A DNA stretch of 64,000 nt, taken from contig JAKQOG010000069.1 in NCBI GenBank assembly GCA_029565395.1, forward strand, positions 14,322 through 78,321, read 5' to 3'. The position numbers and the translations under genes were made by a program. The notes under the pieces were generated by a model. It did no database searches, was not told the origin of the DNA, and was given only the letters and a program-made list of their open reading frames with translations. Shown here piece after piece: positions 1-8,219 of this stretch. The DNA comes from Candidatus Hydrogenedentota bacterium (lineage in GTDB: Bacteria > Hydrogenedentota > Hydrogenedentia > Hydrogenedentales > CAILVY01). Within the stretch, counting starts at the first letter, position 1; every line of letters begins with the position of its first letter.

Positions 1-144
1 ATTGATCTATTGTGAATATTACGGCGTGTGGATATTTTGTCATACGGCAGCAGGAGAAACTGTCTGAGAATTCGTAATCATCCGTTTTAAGGAATGGGGA
101 AACGATTCACCATGCATAGTGGCAAAAAACGATTCATCCCCGCA

Positions 145-640
145 GGGGATGGACAACTCAGCCCAGGATAAGCGAAGCGCCATCCTGGGTGTGTAGGATT
201 TCCCTATGGAGCATACTCTGAAAGAGTTATATATAATATTTTAACCACTGGCGCCCAGCTCCAATGAAAACTTCCGTTGCCAATAAATTTTGCTGATTGA
301 TCAAGACACGATGGCCCACTCTATGCCTGAACACTGTATAAAACTCTTACAGAGTGGTATTGTTTGGGGTGACATTGCATACCCAGGATGGCGCTTCGCT
401 TATCCTGGGCTGAGTTGTTGAATTCCTTCGGAATTTTGAGAGCGGTGATTATGCAGAGTGGTATTACATACTCAGGGTGGTGAAGCGCTTACCCCTGTTT
501 ATTTGCGTCTTGTGGAAAACCATGGGAATAATCCATTCTAAAATGTTGCATATGACCCATAAAATGTCTGGGCTGAGTTGTTAAATCCCTTCGGGATATC
601 TTCGCCTTTCTATGCGGTGTAAAATAATTCTCAGACAGCC
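145..640. repeat. Cluster of nested inverted and direct repeats that form hairpins (candidate structured ncRNA or MITE-like element)
   Basis: The 37-nt unit ACCCAGGATGGCGCTTCGCTTATCCTGGGCTGAGTTG occurs at 152-196 in reverse orientation and at 378-420 in forward orientation. It is itself a hairpin (CCAGGAT...ATCCTGG). Forward copies are followed by UUCG-tetraloop hairpins (GAATTCCTTCGGAATT at about 421-436, ATCCCTTCGGGAT at about 583-596). A variant hairpin CAGGGTGGTGAAGCGCTTACCCCTG lies at 471-496. The outer inverted repeats TGTCTGAGAAT (61-71) and ATTCTCAGACA (628-638) bracket the region. No ORF is supported on either strand. Confidence 0.5.
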
Positions 641-678
641 TCTGGAGCCCTCCTGTGGCGGATAAACCTCGCCCTCCC

Positions 679-699
679 ACGCAAGGTGCGCGTTTTTTT
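679..699 (+). terminator. Weak intrinsic-terminator-like element (short stem CGCA-AGG-TGCG followed by GTTTTTTT)
   Basis: A 4-bp GC stem with a 3-nt loop is followed by a T7 run, immediately downstream of the hairpin-rich region and upstream of hicB. Confidence 0.3.
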
Positions 700-833
700 A
701 GCAGCAAATTGTATTCACATGTTGCATTGGCAATCCTGCTAGATTCTGCGCTCGCGAAGATACGTTGGAAAGAGGGATAGTGAAAGATCCAGGTTAAGGA
801 ATGATACAATATTGAAGAACAAGGTCCCAGTCT

Positions 834-1055
834 ATGAAACAGTATGAATTCACGATAATTTATGAACGGGATGAGGAGGGCCGTGTACTGGCCCTGTGCC
901 CGGCGCTTCAAGGGTGTTATGCGGAGGGGAAAACTGAAGAAGAAGCCAAAGAAAATATTCTGGAAGCGATTCGAGCTAATATTGAATCCAGGCTGGCGCA
1001 TGGTGATCCCATTTATGAGGAAATTGGAACGGTAAAAGTGGCGATAATGGCATGA
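834..1055 (+). CDS. hicB: HicB-family (UPF0150) type II antitoxin; no hicA partner is visible
   Basis: The 73-aa ORF begins MKQYEFTIIYERDEEG and contains ALCPALQGCYAEGKTEEEAKENILEAI, typical of the HicB N-terminal RNase-H-like fold. No ORF of 60 aa or more lies upstream on this strand. Confidence 0.65.
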   Translation: MKQYEFTIIYERDEEGRVLALCPALQGCYAEGKTEEEAKENILEAIRANIESRLAHGDPIYEEIGTVKVAIMA

Positions 1056-1101
1056 GAAGGAAATTGTCACATAAAATTTTCAATCTTGATATGTGTAGAT
1101 T

Positions 1102-2334
1102 ATGACTACTGAACATCGATTATACACACGCGAACCCTTTAATCGGGAGCATTGCACCCAATGCGGGGAGTGCTTCTCGCAGTGTCCGGTGCTCCGTTTT
1201 CCGGAGGAGAGGGCAAAGCAGGCGATACAGAGTCTTTCGGAATGTTTTTTTGAAGAAGGGGTTGCGTCGAAGGATGCGCGGCAGGTATTGTCGCGGTGTA
1301 CGAGTTGTTTTTCATGCAATGTACGGTGCCCGGAAGATTGCCGGCCGGCGAATCTGATTCTTGATCTGTGGTACCGGCAGTATAAGAAAGAAGGGCTTCC
1401 GGAACGGGCGCGGTATTTTCTTCCGCACAGCGTGCCCAATTTCCGGACGTATGTTCTGGAGCGGCTCCCGGCGGATGAACAGGCCGCGGTGGAATCCTGG
1501 AAGAATTTGGAGCCGTTGGAGGAGATGTTTTATCCCGGGTGCAATATTATTGCGTCGCCATACCTGACTTTTTCGCGGCTTTTCGACGGGATGCCGATCC
1601 GGGGCGCGCTGGAGTATTGCTGCGGTGAGATGTATTTCCGGATGGGGCTGTATGATCAGGTGGAGCAAACGGCGCGGAAGACCACGAACTATTTCCAGCG
1701 GCTTGGTGTGAAGCGGATCTATATGCTGTGCACCGCCGGGCTGAATCTTTTTACGCATGTTCTGCCACAGTTCGGCGCGGATTTCGAGGGGATTGTGTTT
1801 GTCCCATATTTAAAAGTTTTATATGAACGGCTGTCAGCAGGGAAATGGCCAATTGTAAAGCGGTTTGATGGACAGGTGGTCACCGTGCAGGATTCTTGTC
1901 ACGGGAAGCTTTATGAACCGGATTTTTGCGAGTGGTCCCGGAAAATTTTAAGGTTGTTGGGATTTGAGATCCGTGAAGCGGAGTACAACCGGGAGTCGGC
2001 GGTCTGTTGCGGCATCGGATCCGGATTTTCGCATGCCGCGTCGTATGGCATGCCGGCCATGATCCGGGGACAGCGCCTCTGCAGGAAAAATGCGGCGGCG
2101 CCGGGCGCGAATTGCATTGCGGCGTATTGCGCGGGATGCCTGGAAATGATGTCCGCCGCCCGAGGGGTGTATTGGGATCGGACGCCGGTGTATCATGTGA
2201 TTGAATTGATTCAGGAGGCTATTGGCGAGATGCCCCGGCGCCGCCAAGGCCGGGTTGCGTTTGATTTTGTGAAAGGGACCTTATTTAACCAGCGGCATAG
2301 CGGCCGCCGTTTCTTTGTGCCGCCATTGGAGTAG
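1102..2334 (+). CDS. Fe-S oxidoreductase of the HdrD/GlpC/GlcF type, with 2x[4Fe-4S] ferredoxin motifs and 2xCCG domains
   Basis: Ferredoxin motifs CTQCGECFSQCP and CTSCFSCNVRCP. CCG motifs EYCCGEMY and AVCCGIGSG. 410 aa. Confidence 0.75.
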   Translation: MTTEHRLYTREPFNREHCTQCGECFSQCPVLRFPEERAKQAIQSLSECFFEEGVASKDARQVLSRCTSCFSCNVRCPEDCRPANLILDLWYRQYKKEGLPERARYFLPHSVPNFRTYVLERLPADEQAAVESWKNLEPLEEMFYPGCNIIASPYLTFSRLFDGMPIRGALEYCCGEMYFRMGLYDQVEQTARKTTNYFQRLGVKRIYMLCTAGLNLFTHVLPQFGADFEGIVFVPYLKVLYERLSAGKWPIVKRFDGQVVTVQDSCHGKLYEPDFCEWSRKILRLLGFEIREAEYNRESAVCCGIGSGFSHAASYGMPAMIRGQRLCRKNAAAPGANCIAAYCAGCLEMMSAARGVYWDRTPVYHVIELIQEAIGEMPRRRQGRVAFDFVKGTLFNQRHSGRRFFVPPLE

Positions 2335-2336
2335 CT

Positions 2337-3572
2337 ATGGCATCGAAATCCTTTGCGCTTTCCAGGGAATTTTTGCGGGAACGCTGTGATTATTGCGGTG
2401 TGTGCCTGAATTGTTGTCCCGTGATGGCATTGCCGCTGGATCAGGCGCGGAGGGAGATAAAGGCGTTGGCGGAAGGAGAACCGTCGTGTGTTTTAGCGGA
2501 ATGTACGGGGTGCATGGCGTGCAACGGGTATTGCCCGACAGGCGCCAATCCCCACACATTGATCCTGTCCCGTTGGGGGGAGCGATGCCGGAAGGAAGGG
2601 ATTCCGCAGCGCGCTTCACTTGTGCTTCCGTATCAAAAACCTAATTTATACACGCTGCTGATTGAGCGGTTGCCGGAAAGCGAGCGAGCGCTTGTGAATG
2701 AATGGCGGGAGAACTGGCTTCACCCGAAGGATGCATCCATGATGATCTTTGCGGGCTGCAATCTGCTATTGATGCCGGGGATGGCGGATTCCAAGATATT
2801 TTCGGGGGTTCCAATTTTTGGCGCGCCGGAATTGTGCTGTGGCGAACCGTTATACCGCATGGGGTATTGGGAAGCGGAGCAGGCAGTTGCCCGGCATATT
2901 CAAGAGGCTTTCCGGCGCATACCGGTGAAGACATTGATTTTTCCGTGCCTGGCGTGCCTGCACATATTTAAGCATGTATATAAAGATGTATTTGACGTGA
3001 CCTTCGATTTCGAAATGATCTCGATGGAGGAGTGGATTCTAAACCGGATTGATCGTGGGGAAATCACCGTAACACCGCTGAACAAGCGTGCGGTGATTCA
3101 TGATAATTGCTGGCCCAAGGCCTCGGGCGATGTTTATTTTGACCTTGTGCGGACGCTATTGGATCGGTTGGGGGTTACCGTGGTGGAACCGGAGCATACC
3201 CGGGAAGATGCATTGTGTTGCGGGATGTGCGCGCCTGCGGCTCAATTCCGATTACGGGATGCGCTGCGGACCGCGAAGGTGCGGCTGGAGGAATTTGAGG
3301 GGGCGGATGCGGACATGGTGATTGATTATTGCGGGGGGTGTGACTGGTTGTTTGCCGTGGCCCGCCGGTTGTTATTCGCGAAGAGCGCCAAGCCCATGTA
3401 TCATTTGCTGGATGTGGTGCGGATGGCGGCGGGCGAGCCGCCGAGGCATGAAAGCCCGGCATTGGCCAAGGCGATTGTGAGAACGATTGGACCACGTCTT
3501 GCCGTAAGCTATATGACGCCGGGGCGATTTCATATCAGGCGCATTATGGATCAGCCGGTGCAGCCTCTTTGA
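2337..3572 (+). CDS. Paralogous Fe-S oxidoreductase of the HdrD/GlpC type (2x[4Fe-4S] + 2xCCG)
   Basis: Motifs CDYCGVCLNCCP and CTGCMACNGYCP, then ELCCGEPLY and ALCCGMCAP. 411 aa. The start lies 3 nt after the stop of the preceding paralog. Confidence 0.75.
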   Translation: MASKSFALSREFLRERCDYCGVCLNCCPVMALPLDQARREIKALAEGEPSCVLAECTGCMACNGYCPTGANPHTLILSRWGERCRKEGIPQRASLVLPYQKPNLYTLLIERLPESERALVNEWRENWLHPKDASMMIFAGCNLLLMPGMADSKIFSGVPIFGAPELCCGEPLYRMGYWEAEQAVARHIQEAFRRIPVKTLIFPCLACLHIFKHVYKDVFDVTFDFEMISMEEWILNRIDRGEITVTPLNKRAVIHDNCWPKASGDVYFDLVRTLLDRLGVTVVEPEHTREDALCCGMCAPAAQFRLRDALRTAKVRLEEFEGADADMVIDYCGGCDWLFAVARRLLFAKSAKPMYHLLDVVRMAAGEPPRHESPALAKAIVRTIGPRLAVSYMTPGRFHIRRIMDQPVQPL

Positions 3573-3574
3573 AG

Positions 3575-4672
3575 CTATGCGCGGTCCAACGGCTGAACAT
3601 CTTCTTCGAAATAATGATGCAACGATTTTGGGAGCGCGTGATAATCGAGGTGTGCAATATCCTTGGAAAAATCGTTGGAATTGGTGGTGTTCCAGAAGAG
3701 GACGGTTTTATCTTTCAAGTGACCCGCGCGCGCGTCGCCAATCAAGGCGGCAAAAGCTTTCCCGGTATAGGTGCCTTCCAATTTCAGGTTTTCTGTGTCG
3801 GCCGCCATGTGAACGGCCTGCATGGATTCGCGCGTGAATAGAGCATATTCCTCGCCAAAATAGTCGTGACGCAGGTTGTAGGTATCAAGGGAAAACGGAA
3901 TGGTTGGGATGGCGGAGCAATGATTGCTGAGCAGCCGGTTGGCGCCTTGGAAGAAACGTTTTGCTTTTCTGAGTGAGACGAAACTCATGGGCGTTACACG
4001 AATAGCCATGATACGGGTTCGTAATCCGGCCAATGATACCCCCAGGGCTAATCCCACGGAGGTTCCCATGCTTCCGCAGGCCACATAGAGAACGTCCGGT
4101 TCGGGGAGTTCGCCGGCCTTTACTTGGCGGGCGAGTTCAAGTGCGGCGTTTACATGCCCCAGCACGCCAAGGGCGTTGGAACCGCCTGGGGGAATGATGC
4201 AGGGCATTCCCCGGCCCGTGGCCGCCAGGCGGGCAAGTTGGACCAGCGCGCCTGCAACCATGATAGGGATGTTTGGGTAGTGGTGAAATTCTGCACCCTG
4301 CAAATGTGTCAAGAGTAAATTCCGGCGAAGGTAATGGGCGTTGGCTTGTGGCATCAACATGCAAATAGTGTTGAGGCCGAGTTGTTTGGCATAGAGCGCG
4401 GTAGCGAGGGTGTGGGTGGAGCCTGCGGCACCGAAGGTCAGAATGGTCTTTTTACCGCGATGGACGGCTTTTCCCAGGGCGAATTCCAGAATGCGCGGTT
4501 TGTTGCCGCCATAGACCGGGCCGGTGTAGTCGTCCCGTTTCACATATAGCTTTTCCAGCCCCAATGCTTTTCCCAATGTGGGGAGGGATTGCACTGGTGT
4601 GGGCAATGTTGCCAGAGATACATGGGGAATATGTTCATATACGCCGGGATACTGTTCAAATAATGGGATCAT
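3575..4672 (-). CDS. PLP-dependent enzyme of the ACC deaminase / D-cysteine desulfhydrase (DcyD) family
   Basis: LYVKRDDYTGPVYGGNKPRILEF and TFGAAGSTHTLATA match the KRDD...GGNK.RKLEF...GA.QSNH pattern of DcyD/ACC-deaminase fold-type II enzymes. Confidence 0.8.
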   Translation of the reverse strand: MIPLFEQYPGVYEHIPHVSLATLPTPVQSLPTLGKALGLEKLYVKRDDYTGPVYGGNKPRILEFALGKAVHRGKKTILTFGAAGSTHTLATALYAKQLGLNTICMLMPQANAHYLRRNLLLTHLQGAEFHHYPNIPIMVAGALVQLARLAATGRGMPCIIPPGGSNALGVLGHVNAALELARQVKAGELPEPDVLYVACGSMGTSVGLALGVSLAGLRTRIMAIRVTPMSFVSLRKAKRFFQGANRLLSNHCSAIPTIPFSLDTYNLRHDYFGEEYALFTRESMQAVHMAADTENLKLEGTYTGKAFAALIGDARAGHLKDKTVLFWNTTNSNDFSKDIAHLDYHALPKSLHHYFEEDVQPLDRA

Positions 4673-4786
4673 AGATTCTGCTCAAACTCCACAAATTCGA
4701 TATTTTTTCTTAACATTGTCCATAGTGGTGGCTGTTTGCTATGATAATACTCCTTCAATACGACGAAAATGCAAGGAGATAATTTC

Positions 4787-5722
4787 ATGGCGAAGATTCT
4801 TGTGACAGGCGGGGCGGGATTTATCGGCTCGCATGTTGTGGATACATATGTAGCGGCGGGACATGAGGTGGTGGTGGTGGATAATCTTCATGCGGGGAAA
4901 CGGGAGAATGTAAATCCCCGGGCCGTGTTTTGTCACATGGACATTCGCTTGAGTTCGCTGGAATCGGTGTTTGAGCAATTTCAGCCAGAGTATGTGAATC
5001 ATCATGCGGCGCAGATCGACGTACGGCGGAGTTTGACGGAACCGGTATTCGATGCGGATGTGAATATTTTGGGGTCGATCAATTTGCTGGAGAACTGCAT
5101 TAAATATAAGGTGACCAAATTTATTTTTGCATCGACCGGCGGGGCGATCTATGGCGATCCGAAGAATTTGCCGGCCTCGGAGGAATGTCCGCCCAATCCT
5201 AAATGCCATTACGCCACGAGCAAATTGGCGTTTGAATACTATCTTCAACTGTACAAAACCCTGTATGGCCTGCGGTATACCGTGCTGCGGTATCCGAATG
5301 TATTCGGGCCGCGTCAAAGCCCGGAGGGGGAGGCGGGGGTGTGTTCGATCCTCGCCGGCCTGATGCTGGCCGGGATACAGCCGACGCTCTATGGCTTCGG
5401 GAAAGCATTGCGGGATTATGTATATGTGGGCGACATCAGCCGGGCAAACAAGATTGCGTTGGAAAAAGGGGATGGTGAGATTCTTAATTTGGGTTCGGGC
5501 AAAGGGACGTCGGTCCGGGAACTGTTTGATATTATCCGTGAATTTTCCGGTTTTGAAGGGGAGCCGCAATTGAAGCCCTTGCGCCCTGGAGAAATAGAGA
5601 GGGTGTTTATAACGGGAGAGAAGGCCGCGCAGATCCTTGGCTGGCGGCCTGAAATACTCCTGCGTGAGGGATTGCGCAATACGGTCGCGTACATCCGGCA
5701 GCAGCAGTCGATCAATAACTGA
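4787..5722 (+). CDS. NAD-dependent epimerase/dehydratase (UDP-sugar 4-epimerase-like SDR)
   Basis: MAKILVTGGAGFIGSH Rossmann motif and the Y-x3-K motif (YATSKLAFEYY). The SD sequence AAGGAG at 4773-4778 sits 8 nt upstream of the ATG at 4787. The ORF-track start at 4769 is probably too early. Confidence 0.9.
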   Translation: MAKILVTGGAGFIGSHVVDTYVAAGHEVVVVDNLHAGKRENVNPRAVFCHMDIRLSSLESVFEQFQPEYVNHHAAQIDVRRSLTEPVFDADVNILGSINLLENCIKYKVTKFIFASTGGAIYGDPKNLPASEECPPNPKCHYATSKLAFEYYLQLYKTLYGLRYTVLRYPNVFGPRQSPEGEAGVCSILAGLMLAGIQPTLYGFGKALRDYVYVGDISRANKIALEKGDGEILNLGSGKGTSVRELFDIIREFSGFEGEPQLKPLRPGEIERVFITGEKAAQILGWRPEILLREGLRNTVAYIRQQQSINN

Positions 5723-5765
5723 GCGGGCGGGTATGAGGACCGTTGTGTCCGGGGAGCTATAACCG

Positions 5766-7370
5766 ATGTCTCTGAAGATGGAACGAAGCACGGAGCGCCG
5801 GGGGTATCCTTTATGGGGTCCCCGCTGGGGGGTTGGAGGCTATTTCCTGGTTGTGTTTCCTGTATTTATCCTTTTGACGCTCTGTTTTGGGCTGGGCCGT
5901 TGTCTTTATCATGAGGTGCCTTTTTGGGAAACATTTGGTATTGTTCTTTTTTCTCTCACGATGGTGGTGCTGGGCATGGTTCCGATGGGGCTGCCCGTTC
6001 TTGTAGCCCTTGCCATGAAAGCCCGTGGGGGCCGGCACTACTATGCTTCGTTGATTCGCGTGCTTGCCTTCATGTTGCCTATTAATCTGATGTTGGCCTT
6101 TATACTGATATATGCCATTGCCTTCACTCCGCCGGACCTTGTGGCGTACCCGCTTTTGGGGCCGGCATCGCCCCTGCAGCTTTTATGGGTAAATGTATTG
6201 ATTGCGCTATTCCTGGCGTGCCCGTTGGTGTATGAACCGGAGAAGCAGGAGCTTGGCCAGTGCCGTGGCGAAACGCTGCAAGCGCCGATATTGCCGCCGC
6301 TGGTGATTCAACGCACGATGGTGACGGCGGTGGTAATAGCGTTTATTGCAGGGGGTCTGGCCAACTGGGATTTTCATCATTTGCTTCCTCTGGGGGTGGA
6401 CCGTCTGACCGCGGCGCAGCATGCACAGACGGTGGCGTTTACTACGGTGGTGTTTTCTCAGATTTTCTATGTGCTTAATTGCCGTTCGCTGACGGAGACC
6501 GTTTTCCGAACGGGCATTTTTGGCAACCGGTCCTTGATATTGGGCATTGTGGCGGCGCTTGTTTTTCAAGGCCTTCTGATATATGTCCCGTGCATGCAGC
6601 GGCTGTTTGGGTCCATGCCGTTGGGCGTATCCGATCTTCTCTGGACGGCCGCCGCGGCCTTTGTTATTTTTCCTGTGATTACCCTTGAAAAATGGCTTCG
6701 GGCGCGGCTGGTTCTGGCGGAAGTTTCAGAATATGATGATCGCCTGGGGGAACGTTCGTCGCTGTCCCATGATTTTTCCGCATTGCTGGAAAGGGCGAAT
6801 GGAAATCCGATGACAATAGGGGCGATATTGGACACGCTGGCGATTCGGGGGCATGCGTTGTTGCTGGTGTTCTTCAGTTTCCCGCTGTGCTTGCCCGTTG
6901 GGATCCCGATTTTGACGACCTTGTTGGGGCCGTTGCTGGCGTTTGTTTCGTTTTTTCTCATTTTTGGGCGGCGTCCGTGGCTTCCCAAGCGATTGCGGAA
7001 TCGCTCCATCCCCTATGAAAGCCTGGATCGGCTGGTGAACCGGTTGATGCCCCTGGCGCTGAAGGTGGAGAAGCATCTTCATTACCGTTTGTTGTTCCTG
7101 ACGGAGGAAGGACCGATGATCCGGCTGCATGCGGTGTATATGTGTTTGCTTTCGCTGGTGGTGTCGATACCCCTTCCCATCCTGTTTTTAAATCTGGTGG
7201 CCGCGCTTCCGATTCTGTTGTTGAGCCTGGGGATGTTGAAACGGGATGGTTTTTTTGTGATTCTCGCGTATGTGGCGGTGATTCCCTGTATTATCATGTA
7301 TGGGGGGCTGGTGGTGGCGGGCGTGGAAAGCATTCAGCATATGATGAGCGTCCTGAGTCCGGGCGGTTAA
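5766..7370 (+). CDS. Membrane protein fusing a P-type ATPase membrane domain (TM4 PEGLP-like segment + Cation_ATPase_C) that lacks the cytoplasmic ATPase domains to an ExoD exopolysaccharide-synthesis domain
   Basis: MVPMGLPVLVALAMKARG resembles the P-type ATPase TM4 PEGLPAVVT..ALG..RMAK segment. PLQLLWVNVLIALFLA and AQTVAFTTVVFSQIFYVLNCRS...IYVPCMQRLFG match the Cation_ATPase_C signature. There is no DKTGT or nucleotide-binding region. The C-terminal half (LDTLAIRGHALLLVFFSFPLCLPVGIPILTT...RPWLPKRLRNRSIP) is ExoD-like. Confidence 0.6.
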   Translation: MSLKMERSTERRGYPLWGPRWGVGGYFLVVFPVFILLTLCFGLGRCLYHEVPFWETFGIVLFSLTMVVLGMVPMGLPVLVALAMKARGGRHYYASLIRVLAFMLPINLMLAFILIYAIAFTPPDLVAYPLLGPASPLQLLWVNVLIALFLACPLVYEPEKQELGQCRGETLQAPILPPLVIQRTMVTAVVIAFIAGGLANWDFHHLLPLGVDRLTAAQHAQTVAFTTVVFSQIFYVLNCRSLTETVFRTGIFGNRSLILGIVAALVFQGLLIYVPCMQRLFGSMPLGVSDLLWTAAAAFVIFPVITLEKWLRARLVLAEVSEYDDRLGERSSLSHDFSALLERANGNPMTIGAILDTLAIRGHALLLVFFSFPLCLPVGIPILTTLLGPLLAFVSFFLIFGRRPWLPKRLRNRSIPYESLDRLVNRLMPLALKVEKHLHYRLLFLTEEGPMIRLHAVYMCLLSLVVSIPLPILFLNLVAALPILLLSLGMLKRDGFFVILAYVAVIPCIIMYGGLVVAGVESIQHMMSVLSPGG

Positions 7371-7383
7371 GAGAAAGAGGCAC

Positions 7384-8112
7384 ATGACGGACAATGGCCG
7401 AGAAGATTTGGAAATGCGCCGGGGCGTTGTGGGTATAGTGCCGTGTTACAACGCCGGGGACCGTATTAGCCATGTTGTTGAGCGGATGCTGTTTTTTTTG
7501 GATCGGGTTCTTGTGGTCAATGACGGGAGCACGGACGGCTGTGTTCAATCACTGGATGCGCTGCCCGCCGAGGTTATCACGTTTGAGAAGAACCGGGGCA
7601 AGGGGCATGCGATTCTGGCGGGCTTGAAACGGGCGCTCGAATATCCGGAATGCTCCGCATGCTGTTTGCTTGATGCCGACGGGCAGCATGATCCCGCCGA
7701 GATTCCCCGGCTCTTTGAACGCATGCGGGAAACCGGAGCTGATCTGGTGATTGGCGCGCGGGATTTTAAGGTGGGGCGCGTGCCCTGGCGGAGCCGGTTC
7801 GGGAACCGTGTCACGGTGTGGGTTACCGCGCGGCTGCTGGGGTCGCGGTTGCCAGACACCCAAAGCGGTTTTCGCATGTTGTCGGGGCGGTTTGTCCGGG
7901 AGGTGCTGGAGAGTGTGGCCGGAGGGCGGTATGAAACGGAGATGGAGATCATCATCCGTGCGTTGCGGGGTGGATTTGGCGTGGAATCCGTTCCGATTGC
8001 GACTATTTACGAGGCGGGCAATCGTTCTTCTCATTTTCGTAAAATCCGGGATTCACTGCGTATTTATGGACGTTTGATACGCGCAGCGGTAAAATATTCT
8101 CCGCGCTATTAA
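7384..8112 (+). CDS. Family-2 glycosyltransferase (dolichyl-phosphate mannosyltransferase-like)
   Basis: VVGIVPCYNAGDRISHVVERM...VVNDGSTDG and a DAD(GQHD) DxD-like motif. 242 aa. Lies next to the ExoD-fusion and epimerase genes. Confidence 0.8.
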   Translation: MTDNGREDLEMRRGVVGIVPCYNAGDRISHVVERMLFFLDRVLVVNDGSTDGCVQSLDALPAEVITFEKNRGKGHAILAGLKRALEYPECSACCLLDADGQHDPAEIPRLFERMRETGADLVIGARDFKVGRVPWRSRFGNRVTVWVTARLLGSRLPDTQSGFRMLSGRFVREVLESVAGGRYETEMEIIIRALRGGFGVESVPIATIYEAGNRSSHFRKIRDSLRIYGRLIRAAVKYSPRY

Positions 8113-8219
8113 GTCTATTGTGGTATAATGGCCATGCGTTGCGGTGAAGGAAGATCTGGCAACGGTGAATGGAGACCGTGGTTATTGAGGAACAGGAAGA
8201 ACGGAAAAGGGTGCGGAAC

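Noticed and set aside
145-640. Possible CRISPR array suggested by recurring ~37-nt repeats
   Set aside because: Copies are in opposite orientations, unevenly spaced (about 180 and 150 bp) and of differing length and sequence. There are no regular repeat-spacer units, and no cas genes nearby.
640-833. Search for a hidden hicA toxin gene upstream of hicB
   Set aside because: No ORF of 60 aa or more lies on the plus strand upstream of hicB, and no HicA-like double-stranded-RNA-binding motif is visible by eye in any frame. This remains a hypothesis to test by profile search, not a feature.
489-1070. 193-aa minus-strand ORF overlapping hicB
   Set aside because: It is antisense to a well-supported HicB-family ORF and runs through the hairpin-repeat region. 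It has no recognisable motif and is likely spurious.
4739-5791. 350-aa minus-strand ORF
   Set aside because: It is antisense to the NAD-dependent epimerase gene, which has unmistakable Rossmann and catalytic motifs. It is a typical long antisense ORF in GC-rich DNA.
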